Virus record (IMG/VR): IMGVR_UViG_3300042898_006156
Coordinates: 1 to 64,000 of that record
DNA: 64,000 bases
Source: a virus
Reading direction: 5' to 3' (one strand)
The notes under the pieces are model-generated. The model saw only the letters and a list, made by a program, of their open reading frames with translations. It was not told the DNA's origin and did not search any database. The translations under genes were made by a program, and so were the position numbers. Within the stretch, counting starts at the first letter, position 1; each line of letters opens with the position of its first letter. This document shows positions 1-8,898 of the stretch, in pieces.

Positions 1-241
1 TTTTATAATCAATTGGCTTTGATTTTTTTTCAAACGATGTAAGTTTCTTATTCTTAATAATCCAACGTCCTACTAATTCACCAGCCGGATTCTCATTGTC
101 TGCTACATAAATAGCACAATAGTCATTGTTGTAAGCCCTTGATAGGATATATTCTTTGGCTTCCTTAAGGGTCTTCTCAGTGCCAATAGGTCTAGTGCTG
201 TTAGGGTCTTGACCAAGAATCATTCTGTATACTTTGCTCAT
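1..241 (-). CDS. hypothetical protein, partial (runs off the window edge), MSKVYRMILGQDPNSTRPIG...
   Basis: Open frame from ATG at 241 to the window edge, translated by hand; leaderless promoter directly upstream; absent from the ORF track. Confidence 0.75.
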   Translation of the reverse strand, partial: MSKVYRMILGQDPNSTRPIGTEKTLKEAKEYILSRAYNNDYCAIYVADNENPAGELVGRWIIKNKKLTSFEKKSKPIDYK

Positions 242-247
242 AGGGTT

Positions 248-275
248 AGTATATCATATTGTATATACTATGCAA
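248..275 (-). promoter_or_regulatory. sigma70-type promoter, leaderless
   Basis: TTGCAT-N16-TATACT with extended TG; ATG 6 nt after the -10 box. Confidence 0.75.
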
Positions 276-289
276 GAAAAATAAATTTA

Positions 290-365
290 TTTGACAAAAT
301 TTCAAAGGTCTGGTAAAAACCAGACCTAAAGATAAATCTCAAGTTTTTTTCTTGAGATTTATCTT
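290..365 (+). repeat. conserved intergenic element copy 1 (TTGACA + palindrome + terminator-like hairpin)
   Basis: TTGACA 291-296; AGGTCTGGT-AAAA-ACCAGACCT 306-327; second hairpin 329-365. Confidence 0.85.
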
Positions 366-372
366 ATTTATA

Positions 373-699
373 TTATGAAAGTTTAGATGATTGGCAAATG
401 ATGCACTTACCAATAATGCCTACTTCATTAGTACCGTATGCCTCTTGATACATATTTGTGGCAATCATATTTACTACAGGATGTGCCTTGTACAAAGCCT
501 CTTCATCACAAATGAGAATCATATCATCCTTAAGGTTCACCACCTCAATCATTTCGCAGTCTAATGCCTCATATAGCGAATCAAGCGTAAACTCACCCTT
601 GTATTCATAAACGTCTGAATTAGTATTGATAACAAATGACTTGCCAGAATTAATCTGCTCGTTCATTACATTCAAAGCCAACAATGGAAGTCCAATCAT
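373..699 (-). CDS. DUF3846-like protein
   Basis: CDEEALYK..VN..AT...IIG pattern; GAGGT SD; promoter TTGCAC-N16-TATACT upstream. Confidence 0.65.
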   Translation of the reverse strand: MIGLPLLALNVMNEQINSGKSFVINTNSDVYEYKGEFTLDSLYEALDCEMIEVVNLKDDMILICDEEALYKAHPVVNMIATNMYQEAYGTNEVGIIGKCIICQSSKLS

Positions 700-774
700 T
701 CTCTTACCTCACTTACAAGAATAGTATATCATCAATTATATACTGTGCAAGAAAATAAATTTATTAAATAATCC

Positions 775-803
775 TTGCAATACTATATACCAGATGGTAT
801 ATT
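775..803 (+). promoter_or_regulatory. sigma70-type promoter, leaderless
   Basis: TTGCAA-N17-TATATT, ATG at 810 six nt downstream. Confidence 0.75.
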
Positions 804-809
804 ATTGGT

Positions 810-998
810 ATGAACGAAATGCAAACAGCCACAGCCTATAACATCGAAGCCGGTATGCAAAAAGCATATGTGATGATTCTCCACAGAATCATCAAGAATA
901 GCATCAAGAATAAATTTGTTCTTGCTGAGGCAGACAATATACTTGAAATGTCAAACACTGCCTATGACCGTGCAAAAGCCAAAGCGATGGAGATGTAG
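810..998 (+). CDS. hypothetical protein
   Basis: 62-aa ORF behind its own promoter. Confidence 0.75.
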   Translation: MNEMQTATAYNIEAGMQKAYVMILHRIIKNSIKNKFVLAEADNILEMSNTAYDRAKAKAMEM

Positions 999-1039
999 AC
1001 TCTACCATACTTCCTAAATTTTGTCAAGTAAAAAAATTA

Positions 1040-1084
1040 TTTGACAAGATTTTTTAGGTACGGTATTTACCGTACCTAAAGATA
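1040..1084 (+). repeat. conserved intergenic element copy 2
   Basis: TTGACA 1041-1046; TTTAGGTACGGTA-TT-TACCGTACCTAAA 1053-1080. Confidence 0.85.
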
Positions 1085-1143
1085 GATTGCAAAAAAATAT
1101 TTAAATAAATATACCTTGACAAATGTCAAGGTATATGATCAGC

Positions 1144-1338
1144 CTACCACTCTTGGTAGGATTGATCCCTGTCCCATTCTTCAAGGGCAGATTCTGTTGC
1201 ATCTTGTAGCAGATCTGCAAGGGACATTGTAGGATTCTGTTTTACCAGATCCTTCAACTCACTGACAACGTATCCTTTGAATGCTGGATCGCCTTCGACG
1301 TTGTCGCTTACGAATTGGGAGATTGTAGTGTTTTCCAT
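1144..1338 (-). CDS. hypothetical acidic protein
   Basis: 64 aa; TTGCAA-N17-TAATAT-N6-ATG upstream. Confidence 0.75.
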   Translation of the reverse strand: MENTTISQFVSDNVEGDPAFKGYVVSELKDLVKQNPTMSLADLLQDATESALEEWDRDQSYQEW

Positions 1339-1427
1339 ACCTGTATATTATCCTGTTTTATATCACTTTGCAATACTAAAAATAAATATAATTATCCCTA
1401 AACTTTCATCAAGGGATATGGTAGAGG

Positions 1428-1895
1428 CTAGGCAAACCGTTTTGCCATACAGTCTACAAAGTAGCTACGCTCTGCTTCAAGGTCACCAGATGAGATGAGG
1501 TTTTTGATAGCATTCTCAGGTGTATCAAAGCACACGTTTTGATGTACTACAATGTGAGCCGTCATAGCACTTTTCATCTCATAACGGCGCAAGACATACA
1601 GTTGGTTATGGTTTTGCTGTTTTCTACCGGAAGCGTAAGGGGAAAAGTATAAACCTTCTTCCATACCATCCTTCAACTTGGTGAATGCCATAGCCTTGCC
1701 TACAGAATTGAATCTTTCCATGTAGTACATGAAGGTGTCTACGATACCTTCATAGGCGTAAACGTAGAGGGTGTTTGCGTCCCAAGCGCATCCAACACAG
1801 TCCTGACCGTTGGCGGTCTTACCGAAGAACAGAACCTTGACCGACGATGACTGGAAGCCCTTGACTTCCCAGAGTTGCATAGTAGTGTTTTCCAT
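1428..1895 (-). CDS. hypothetical protein
   Basis: 155 aa; TTGCAA-N17-TAATAT-N6-ATG upstream; starts MENTT like its neighbour. Confidence 0.8.
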   Translation of the reverse strand: MENTTMQLWEVKGFQSSSVKVLFFGKTANGQDCVGCAWDANTLYVYAYEGIVDTFMYYMERFNSVGKAMAFTKLKDGMEEGLYFSPYASGRKQQNHNQLYVLRRYEMKSAMTAHIVVHQNVCFDTPENAIKNLISSGDLEAERSYFVDCMAKRFA

Positions 1896-2013
1896 GACTA
1901 CATATTACAGCATAATATAGCACATTGCAATACTTATTTAGTTATTAACTAAAAACAATTATTTTCTTGACAACGGATCGGATCTATGGTAGTGATCCAG
2001 GCCAAAGAATTTG

Positions 2014-2058
2014 TTTGACAAAATTTTATAGGTACGGTATTTACCGTACCTTAAGATA
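2014..2058 (+). repeat. conserved intergenic element copy 3
   Basis: TTGACA 2015-2020; AGGTACGGTA-TT-TACCGTACCT 2030-2051. Confidence 0.85.
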
Positions 2059-2096
2059 ATTGACAATAAAAAATTCCCCATTTCTGGGGAACTTTT

Positions 2097-2441
2097 TTAC
2101 TTTGCGTAGTCAGTGCTTTGTCTGGTAGTTCTTGCAAATATATCAGCAACTTTGAACGCTTCAGACAAATATGTATGAATTGCGCTAGTTAATGACAAAG
2201 ATGAAATGTAGCTAGCAGTGAGGGATTTGATTGGCATAGTATATTTCAATTCTGTTTCATCATTGAGAAAATGATATACGTCTGCTTCAATAGCATCCAT
2301 AGTTGGACTTACAACTATATCAATAACACCATTGCTATGTGTTACGCTTAAGACTATGTCTTTTTGACCAAATTCCATGACTTGCTTTACGAATTCTTCG
2401 GTCGTGTCAACTGTCTTGAAACCTTGCTTAGAGAACAACAT
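2097..2441 (-). CDS. hypothetical protein
   Basis: Start moved to ATG 2441 (MLFSKQ), AAGGA upstream, overlaps the upstream gene end. Confidence 0.7.
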   Translation of the reverse strand: MLFSKQGFKTVDTTEEFVKQVMEFGQKDIVLSVTHSNGVIDIVVSPTMDAIEADVYHFLNDETELKYTMPIKSLTASYISSLSLTSAIHTYLSEAFKVADIFARTTRQSTDYAK

Positions 2442-2748
2442 ATTTGTATTGCTTCTTTCCTTGTAACTCTCTAGATGATTGTACCATAACCATCCAAATA
2501 CCACACAATAAACCTACACCAGCAAGACATCCTACAAACATCATAGTAGTGTGAATGTTGCCACCCAAGATGTATTCAATTATCATAGCAATTGGAGTGA
2601 GCAACAAAACACTACAAGCCATAACAGAAATGCATTCAAGCAATGTATATAATGCTTTTGGCATATGCTTTGTAATCTGCCAAAAAGCCACGATGCCACC
2701 AGTGTAAATTACTACCTGCATCACTCTGTGTAATATCTCTTCGTTCAT
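2428..2748 (-). CDS. membrane protein (about 3 TM)
   Basis: Hydrophobic stretches; TTGACA-N16-TATACT-N6-ATG upstream. Confidence 0.75.
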   Translation of the reverse strand: MNEEILHRVMQVVIYTGGIVAFWQITKHMPKALYTLLECISVMACSVLLLTPIAMIIEYILGGNIHTTMMFVGCLAGVGLLCGIWMVMVQSSRELQGKKQYKYVVL

Positions 2749-2850
2749 AACAGTAGTATATCACAAAAGATATACTTGTCAAATTTAAAAAATTACTTGC
2801 GAGACATAGTGTAGGTGATATAATTAGACATCGAACCAAGGAGTTTGGAA

Positions 2851-3192
2851 ATGACAAAAAAAGAAGTTATCACGATGTTTATGAATGCAGTAGGACAATA
2901 CACCACTGCAATTGACAAGACCGCAGATTCTAATATCAATTACAGGAAGAGTGTTTATGCTCTTGAAGATGCTGTAAACCTTATCTATCGTGAAGTAGAC
3001 CCAAAAGAACTGGGTAGCAATGCAGAATCCCGTAATGCTAAGGTTTCTGAAAAGACACAAGATTTGATTTATGCAAAGCGTGAAGCAGAATTTCTCTTGG
3101 AAACTGCTCGTGCTAATGAATCACGAATCAAAGCTGAAGTAGACCAAATCAAGTACATCATCCGTGCGCTTGAAGTAAAAGAAGAAGCATAA
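2851..3192 (+). CDS. coiled-coil hypothetical protein
   Basis: AGGAG SD before ATG 2851; TTGCGA-N16-TATAAT promoter; terminator follows. Confidence 0.8.
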   Translation: MTKKEVITMFMNAVGQYTTAIDKTADSNINYRKSVYALEDAVNLIYREVDPKELGSNAESRNAKVSEKTQDLIYAKREAEFLLETARANESRIKAEVDQIKYIIRALEVKEEA

Positions 3193-3195
3193 TCA

Positions 3196-3224
3196 AAAAG
3201 GGGGTTGAAAAACCCCCTTTTTTT
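3196..3224 (+). terminator. rho-independent terminator
   Basis: AAAAGGGGGTT-GAAA-AACCCCCTTTT followed by a T run. Confidence 0.8.
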
Positions 3225-3225
3225 A

Positions 3226-3300
3226 TTTGACAAAATTTTTTAGGTATGGTTTTACCATACCTATAGATATATCCCAAGAATTTTTCTTGGGATATATCTA
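3226..3300 (+). repeat. conserved intergenic element copy 4
   Basis: TTGACA 3227-3232; AGGTATGGT-TTT-ACCATACCT 3242-3262; second hairpin 3264-3300. Confidence 0.85.
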
Positions 3301-3306
3301 TGTAAG

Positions 3307-3588
3307 TTATGAACAGTAGATTTCGCCTTCTTCGTCAAATCCACAGTCAATAGCATACTGGACATCATCACCACCAGTAATAGTATAGGTGATTGACACT
3401 ACTAGTTTCTTGAAAAACCCTTGGGCGTAATTATTCTTAATCATTTCAAGGGTTCTATGAGCAATATCATTCAAATCTTCCCAAGAAAATGGCTTACCTA
3501 CCCAGCTATTAGGGGTTTCAGAACTTGTCTCGCCCTGAATATGACGTGCGCTGACTTCTACTTTTTTAATAAGGTATGTTGTTTCCAT
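3307..3588 (-). CDS. hypothetical protein
   Basis: 93 aa; TTGACA-N16-TATACT-N6-ATG upstream. Confidence 0.8.
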   Translation of the reverse strand: METTYLIKKVEVSARHIQGETSSETPNSWVGKPFSWEDLNDIAHRTLEMIKNNYAQGFFKKLVVSITYTITGGDDVQYAIDCGFDEEGEIYCS

Positions 3589-3641
3589 ACCGTCAGTATA
3601 TCATATTGTGTATACCTGTCAAGATATTTTATAAATATATT

Positions 3642-3920
3642 ATGAATAATGCAGAACCAGAACTATACCCTGTTGATTTTTTAAATATGATATTTGACGT
3701 GTGGATATATGTTAACCCGCTTACTGGAAAACACGCAAAAACTACAAAGGATGGTAAACTTGCTGTATTCCTAAATGAAGACATAGGTAGGAGCTGGGAA
3801 ACAATTTCTACAGCGTTAAAAGGTATGGTAGGATATAAAGCTACTTGGGATGAAATGATAGAAATTTCTACTAAGCAGACAGGGGGACAATATGAACTAT
3901 TTACTACTCATAATAACTAA
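3642..3920 (+). CDS. hypothetical protein
   Basis: Start moved to ATG 3642 (MNNAEPELYP). Confidence 0.65.
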   Translation: MNNAEPELYPVDFLNMIFDVWIYVNPLTGKHAKTTKDGKLAVFLNEDIGRSWETISTALKGMVGYKATWDEMIEISTKQTGGQYELFTTHNN

Positions 3921-3979
3921 TTTCTTATGTTTATGTATGTTGATGTGGTTGTGTATATTTACGTATATGGTATGGAAGA

Positions 3980-4339
3980 ATGGCAAAGATAATAAATAAG
4001 ACGGATCACGTTATAGCATTGATGATAGATGGATCTTGGCAGACAATTATGCCCCAAGGTTTATCTTGTAAGTTAGTAGGTGATAAGCTAGAACCTATAG
4101 TGAAGGATGGTATACAATTTAATCCTATACGTTATGATCGTGTAGTACAATTACCAGATAGAGCTAAGGGTACTATTATCATTGTAGAGAAAGAAGTAGC
4201 CTTGTTCTTATGGAAGAGTAGTTGTAGAGAAGATGTCTGTTATTTAGATCACCCTATTGTTAGAGATGATAAGTATACTAGTCTTGCTGCTTTGAGCTTA
4301 GTATGTATGAGTGAAGCATTAGTACGTTATTGTTTGTAA
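3980..4339 (+). CDS. conserved phage hypothetical protein
   Basis: IINxTxHxI...LP...GT..IV...VA pattern seen in small phage proteins. Confidence 0.7.
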   Translation: MAKIINKTDHVIALMIDGSWQTIMPQGLSCKLVGDKLEPIVKDGIQFNPIRYDRVVQLPDRAKGTIIIVEKEVALFLWKSSCREDVCYLDHPIVRDDKYTSLAALSLVCMSEALVRYCL

Positions 4340-4364
4340 GATTTATCTATTGTTTTTTTCTAGA

Positions 4365-4770
4365 GACTGGTAGGGGGGTATATTAGAATAATCGTTGGGT
4401 TCCCGCTACCCCCCGTCTTAAAAAAGGCCATATGTGAAGAAATCGTGAGCTATATTTTGGGGCAAGGGTAGGGGGGCTTTAGGTTTTTCTGTTTTCCCCT
4501 AGATATAACCATCCTTTTTGCCCTAGTATATATATAAATTTTTGTAGGAATATTCTTGCCCGGTAATTTGTGGGTGAAGGGTAGGGGGTAGGAAGAAAAA
4601 ACAGTTTTGCCCAGGGATTAGGTATCTTTTTTGCCCTGTTATATATATTAAATTTTCTCCCCTACATTTTGGCCCAGGATTGTTGGGGGGCTTATAATTT
4701 TTGGCTTGTCCTAAAATTATCACCATCCTTTTTGTTTTGGTATTGGTATATATTTTTTGGGCCAATATTT
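4365..4770. repeat. non-coding island of short direct repeats and G-runs
   Basis: GGTAGGGGG x3 (about 4369, 4467, 4580); TTTTG(G)CCC-like x5 (4515, 4553, 4605, 4627, 4667); ACCATCCTTTTTG x2 (4508, 4722). Confidence 0.7.
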
Positions 4771-4878
4771 TCTGATAAATATTCTGACAAAGATTTTATA
4801 ATCTTTGTTATTTTTTTGTCAGAGTTTTATCAGATTTTAGGGGAGACAGTTTGTTAATCTTGATTGTATAAGATTTAA

Positions 4879-5814
4879 ATGTCAAGAGCTATAGATTTCA
4901 GTGTTGGTGAGTTGTTGGGTAGAAATGATTTAAATAATTTTTACACGAGAGTTGAGTATGACAAATCTGGCAACATAATTTACACTCCTTTATGGGTTGA
5001 AGATGGAGAGAAAAAAGTTGTTGAATTTTCTTATCAATATATTATAGGAAATCACAATTTGGGTGTAAATAATATAGAATTATTTATTGGATTTACAAAT
5101 ACTAAATCAAATCTTTACAAATTGTGTAATCAAGCTGATAAAAACAATAAAACAATTTTAGGGTTTATGGGTAATAAGTACAAGCAGAATTTTTGGTTAG
5201 TCAAGTGTAATATTTGTGAATTTGAAACTGTTCAACATATTTCTGCATTTAAAAGATGTAAAAATTGCAGTATTTTAAAATCTCGTGATTCATTTGAACA
5301 ATTTGAAAAAAAAGCAATTAAAGCTCACGGCAATAAATATTCTTACGATGATGTAAAGTATAGTTGTAGTAAAGATAAAGTCAAAATTTTTTGCAATCGC
5401 TGTAAAAGAGTATTTTGGCAAAGACCTTCAGATCATTTATTTGGCTGTGGTTGCCCTTTTTGCAATGAATCTAAGGGTGAAAGGGCTGTTATAGCTTATT
5501 GTGTTGAAAACAATATAAGATTTGAAAAATATAAGAAATTTGATGGCTTAGTATATAAGAAGCAGTTAAATTATGATTTTTATTTTATAGATGAAAATAT
5601 ATTAGTAGAATTTGATGGTGATCATCATCGTAAGCCTGTCAATTATAATGGTGATATTGATAAGGCAAATAAAGATTTTGAAGTTAGAAAAAAAAGAGAT
5701 ATAAGAAAAAATGAGTATGCTTTAAAACATAACATCCCTCTTTTAAGAATTTCAAATATAAAGAGGGTTAAAGAAGATTTGGATAATTTCCGTGCAAATT
5801 ATAATAAACTTTAA
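4879..5814 (+). CDS. free-standing (homing-type) endonuclease, Zn fingers plus Vsr/PD-(D/E)XK-like domain
   Basis: CxxC pairs; HG.KY.Y..V.Y repeat (DUF723-like); SKGE...YDFY...VEFDGDHH catalytic pattern. Confidence 0.75.
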   Translation: MSRAIDFSVGELLGRNDLNNFYTRVEYDKSGNIIYTPLWVEDGEKKVVEFSYQYIIGNHNLGVNNIELFIGFTNTKSNLYKLCNQADKNNKTILGFMGNKYKQNFWLVKCNICEFETVQHISAFKRCKNCSILKSRDSFEQFEKKAIKAHGNKYSYDDVKYSCSKDKVKIFCNRCKRVFWQRPSDHLFGCGCPFCNESKGERAVIAYCVENNIRFEKYKKFDGLVYKKQLNYDFYFIDENILVEFDGDHHRKPVNYNGDIDKANKDFEVRKKRDIRKNEYALKHNIPLLRISNIKRVKEDLDNFRANYNKL

Positions 5815-5816
5815 AT

Positions 5817-5849
5817 AAAAAAGAGGGAGAATAAAATCTCCCTCTTTTT
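5817..5849. terminator. bidirectional terminator
   Basis: AAAAAGAGGGAGA...TCTCCCTCTTTTT between convergent genes. Confidence 0.75.
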
Positions 5850-5850
5850 A

Positions 5851-6207
5851 TTAGTCTCTTGGATCCCAGAATGGATTTTTTCTTTTATATTTTTCTTCTG
5901 CAATAGCCACGCCCATATTGTTTGAGAATCCATCAATCATTCTTCCTATGAGTGATTTCCATTGTGATGAATATGATTCTTTGCTTGCGCTTCCACCTTT
6001 TTCTTTATATGCTTCGAATGCTTTTTCTATGCCTTGTTCAGACATTGCTTCTTGGAGTTCTTCTTCTGAATGTTTGGTTTTCATTTTTTCCTCTTCGGCT
6101 AATTTTACCATAATTTTGGTTATAGTACTAGCTTCAAGGTAAAAATTTGAATTATCAAGTTCGTTTGCAATATTATTTAATGATGCAATAATATATTTTT
6201 TATTCAT
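5851..6207 (-). CDS. hypothetical protein with N-terminal shared module
   Basis: Start moved to ATG 6207 (AAGGA SD); MNKKYIIASLNNIANELDNSNFYLEA. Confidence 0.8.
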   Translation of the reverse strand: MNKKYIIASLNNIANELDNSNFYLEASTITKIMVKLAEEEKMKTKHSEEELQEAMSEQGIEKAFEAYKEKGGSASKESYSSQWKSLIGRMIDGFSNNMGVAIAEEKYKRKNPFWDPRD

Positions 6208-6277
6208 CTGTTTTTCCTTAAAAAAATAAGTGGCAAAATTATGTTTTTGCCACTTATTCAAACAAGTCTTATTTGTT

Positions 6278-6736
6278 TTAGTTAATTGGTGTATATGATC
6301 TCATAATTCGTCTTTTTATTTCATCATATCTTTTTTGATCTCTTGGACTAAGCATAGAATCTTCAATCATGGTATCTAATTCGTCAAAGACATTTTCTAA
6401 ATCACTTACTCTTGGCTTATTATAATCTTTAGCGTGATGACTTAAAATATCATCAGCTCTATTGCTTGTACCCATTGGATCAAGCATATCGCTTACTTGC
6501 ATCATATCACTATCTAATTCTTCACGCATGGAAGGTTCACGTTTAGTTTCATATTCGTCATCATCACCATCTGGATCGCCATATGGGAAATAGTCTTCCA
6601 TATTGTATTCATCGTTTTCGTCCATAGCAATCTTGGACATAACTTTGGTTACTGTGTTCGCTTCGTTGTAGAGGCCATTGTTGTCGAGTTCATTTGCAAT
6701 CTTGTTTAGGGATGCTACGATTTGTCTTTTATTCAT
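6278..6736 (-). CDS. acidic protein with N-terminal shared module
   Basis: MNKRQIVASLNKIANELDNNGLYNEA; remainder unrelated to neighbour. Confidence 0.8.
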   Translation of the reverse strand: MNKRQIVASLNKIANELDNNGLYNEANTVTKVMSKIAMDENDEYNMEDYFPYGDPDGDDDEYETKREPSMREELDSDMMQVSDMLDPMGTSNRADDILSHHAKDYNKPRVSDLENVFDELDTMIEDSMLSPRDQKRYDEIKRRIMRSYTPIN

Positions 6737-6806
6737 ATTTTTTCCTTTTGCAGGGTGATATCATATTTTTACAACTCCTAATGTTTTTTTCCTTTTTACG
6801 AGCCTT

Positions 6807-7040
6807 ATGTATTATTTCAAAGCTATGGAATCACTGACAGAATTCAAAGATTATATTTTAGATAATCTGGGAGAAGAAATCTTTTTTGGAAATATGGAAT
6901 TTTACTATATTTTAGGCTCAAATTATTACTTGAAGATATATGAAGTGGATTTAGACGAATTTGGTTTTCCTGCGCCGATATGGAAAGGATGTTTCGGTAC
7001 AAATATAAGTGTGTTGATTAAAGAATGGAATGGAGAATAA
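6807..7040 (+). CDS. hypothetical protein
   Basis: 77-aa ORF, first of three overlapping genes; start may be 6825. Confidence 0.65.
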   Translation: MYYFKAMESLTEFKDYILDNLGEEIFFGNMEFYYILGSNYYLKIYEVDLDEFGFPAPIWKGCFGTNISVLIKEWNGE

Positions 7041-7455
7041 TATGATTTATCTTTTAGTTGTTCCAGTGGTTATTTCAATGGTTTTTATTTGGCTTTATAT
7101 GTCTTCTTTAGATAATAATAAATCTTTGATGAGATTGAATAAAAGTCTTGATGATGAAATTACAAGTTACAAGAGTGCTCAAAGTAATATGTTGGTTAAG
7201 ATTAGTAAATTAACTAGTGTGTCAGAAGATAATAAAGAAGAGATCAAAAGATTATTATCTGAAATTGAAGTGCATAATTTTAAAGTTGGCAGTAAAGTGA
7301 AATGGTTGGATAGAAGTGGAGAAGAAGAATTTGGTATTGTTTGTGATGATTTCTTTTCTGATAAGAAGCATTTTGTAGTTGTTCGTGGTGTAAAGAATGG
7401 CAAGGTTTCTGGTCGTTATTTTACAATTAGTGCGGAGAAAATAGTTTCCGAATGA
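7030..7455 (+). CDS. membrane-anchored coiled-coil protein with SH3/KOW-like C-terminus
   Basis: N-terminal TM, heptads, FKVGSKVKW motif. Confidence 0.65.
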   Translation: MENNMIYLLVVPVVISMVFIWLYMSSLDNNKSLMRLNKSLDDEITSYKSAQSNMLVKISKLTSVSEDNKEEIKRLLSEIEVHNFKVGSKVKWLDRSGEEEFGIVCDDFFSDKKHFVVVRGVKNGKVSGRYFTISAEKIVSE

Positions 7456-7694
7456 GATTAGTCTTTGCAATTCAATTATATTTTTATTTCGTATGGGCTT
7501 TAGGTAGTGAAGATATAATTGAATGGTTTCTTTATGCTTTATTGATGTGGACTTCTACATATTATTTGCATAGATATAACTGGGAAAAAAGAAAGAGCTA
7601 TAGAATGGCTATAGCTCTTTACAGTACGATGATTTATTGTTTTATATTTTTGTGTAGATTCGTTTCACTCGTCGGGAATAATATCGCTTTCTAA
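7452..7694 (+). CDS. small membrane protein
   Basis: Hydrophobic, ATGA overlap with previous gene. Confidence 0.6.
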   Translation: MRLVFAIQLYFYFVWALGSEDIIEWFLYALLMWTSTYYLHRYNWEKRKSYRMAIALYSTMIYCFIFLCRFVSLVGNNIAF

Positions 7695-8123
7695 GTTTTG
7701 TATTTTCTTTTGTTGTTCTCTTTGAGCGTCATGTGCATTTGCTATTGATATTTGAAATTTGTCTATAAATTCTATTGTTTTCATAATAGAAGCTTTTACA
7801 TCTTCTAAATTTTGATAATTATTATTTCCAGATTTTGTTGGTAAATCTATTGGTGATGTTGATTCTATGTTATTAAGTTCTTGCATCAATTGGTTGTAGT
7901 CAAATGGGCGAGAAGATACATCACCATCGTTTTCTAATATATTTGTTTGTTTGAGTAATCTTGTTAGTGTTCTTTCATCAAAATAATTATATAAAGCCCT
8001 AATGCCATCTTCTAGATCTTGTTTATATTGTATGGCCATAAGTAAAATGGATGCTACTTTATCTGCAGCTTTATATTGGCCATTTTTGTCTAATTTTTGG
8101 GCTATTCTTACTAATTTATTCAT
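7665..8123 (-). CDS. hypothetical protein with N-terminal shared module
   Basis: MNKLVRIAQKLDKNGQYKAADKV. Confidence 0.8.
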   Translation of the reverse strand: MNKLVRIAQKLDKNGQYKAADKVASILLMAIQYKQDLEDGIRALYNYFDERTLTRLLKQTNILENDGDVSSRPFDYNQLMQELNNIESTSPIDLPTKSGNNNYQNLEDVKASIMKTIEFIDKFQISIANAHDAQREQQKKIQNLESDIIPDE

Positions 8124-8460
8124 ATCTTCTTGGTTCTAATTGAGTCTCTATAATATCTTCAGGAAAACCTTTTTCAATTTCTTCTAAAATTTCTGTGAAT
8201 GTTTTATCTTGTTCAATATTTTTATGTGAATATAAGCCTTTTTTAGCTAGTTGGACCTCTATTGGATCGCTTGGGTTGCCTTTTCTCACTGATGAGAAAA
8301 GATCTTCAAAATTCTTAGGATCGATTGTTTTGTGATGTTTTGAAAGGCCATCTTGTAATGATTTATAAAGTTCGCCTTTTCTCACTTCTTCCAATTGTAC
8401 TTCTTGTTGTTCCAATCTTTCTTTTTGTTGGAGAAGCGCTGTTTTTATAAATTTACTCAT
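8116..8460 (-). CDS. hypothetical protein
   Basis: 114 aa, overlaps both neighbours; MSKFIKTA leader. Confidence 0.75.
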   Translation of the reverse strand: MSKFIKTALLQQKERLEQQEVQLEEVRKGELYKSLQDGLSKHHKTIDPKNFEDLFSSVRKGNPSDPIEVQLAKKGLYSHKNIEQDKTFTEILEEIEKGFPEDIIETQLEPRRYE

Positions 8461-8852
8461 TTTAATTTTTCCTCTCTAGATGCTTCAAAATCAAACATTT
8501 CTTGGTCGTCTCTAGTCCAAGATTTACCTGTTGGACCCACTCTTCTTGGTCTAATTACTGGAACCTCTGCATTTGGGTCTATTCTTTTTGCATAATTGAT
8601 TGCATGTTGTAGGTTATTGAAATACTGAAATTCACCATTTATTTTATAACCGAGTCTTCTTTCGAAATTACCATTAGCACGAGTTATAATTACAACTGGT
8701 TTTCCATCAAATTGGACTTCTACTGTTGCTCTATCGCCTCTAGCAGCAATCTTTTTCATTACATCGGTTAAATTACTAGCTTCTTTGTGCATACCTATAG
8801 CTTCTAATTCTTCGCAAATTGTGTTGATTGATTCTAATACTGTTTTATTCAT
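8457..8852 (-). CDS. hypothetical protein with divergent N-terminal shared module
   Basis: MNKTVLESINTICEELEAIGMHKEASNLTDVMKKIA. Confidence 0.8.
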   Translation of the reverse strand: MNKTVLESINTICEELEAIGMHKEASNLTDVMKKIAARGDRATVEVQFDGKPVVIITRANGNFERRLGYKINGEFQYFNNLQHAINYAKRIDPNAEVPVIRPRRVGPTGKSWTRDDQEMFDFEASREEKLK

Positions 8853-8898
8853 TTGTCTTCATCATAGATTGTAATATTATATATATTGAAAGATCTAA

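Noticed and set aside
290-3300. CRISPR array interpretation of the four palindromic repeats
   Set aside because: Copies are 750-1200 bp apart with whole genes between them; no 30-40 nt spacers and no cas operon.
3630-3637. T4-type late promoter TATAAATA
   Set aside because: Not seen recurring before the structural-type genes and expected by chance in AT-rich DNA.
4523-4857. ORFs 4523-4765 (-) and 4669-4857 (+)
   Set aside because: Low-complexity translations of the repeat island with no convincing start signals.
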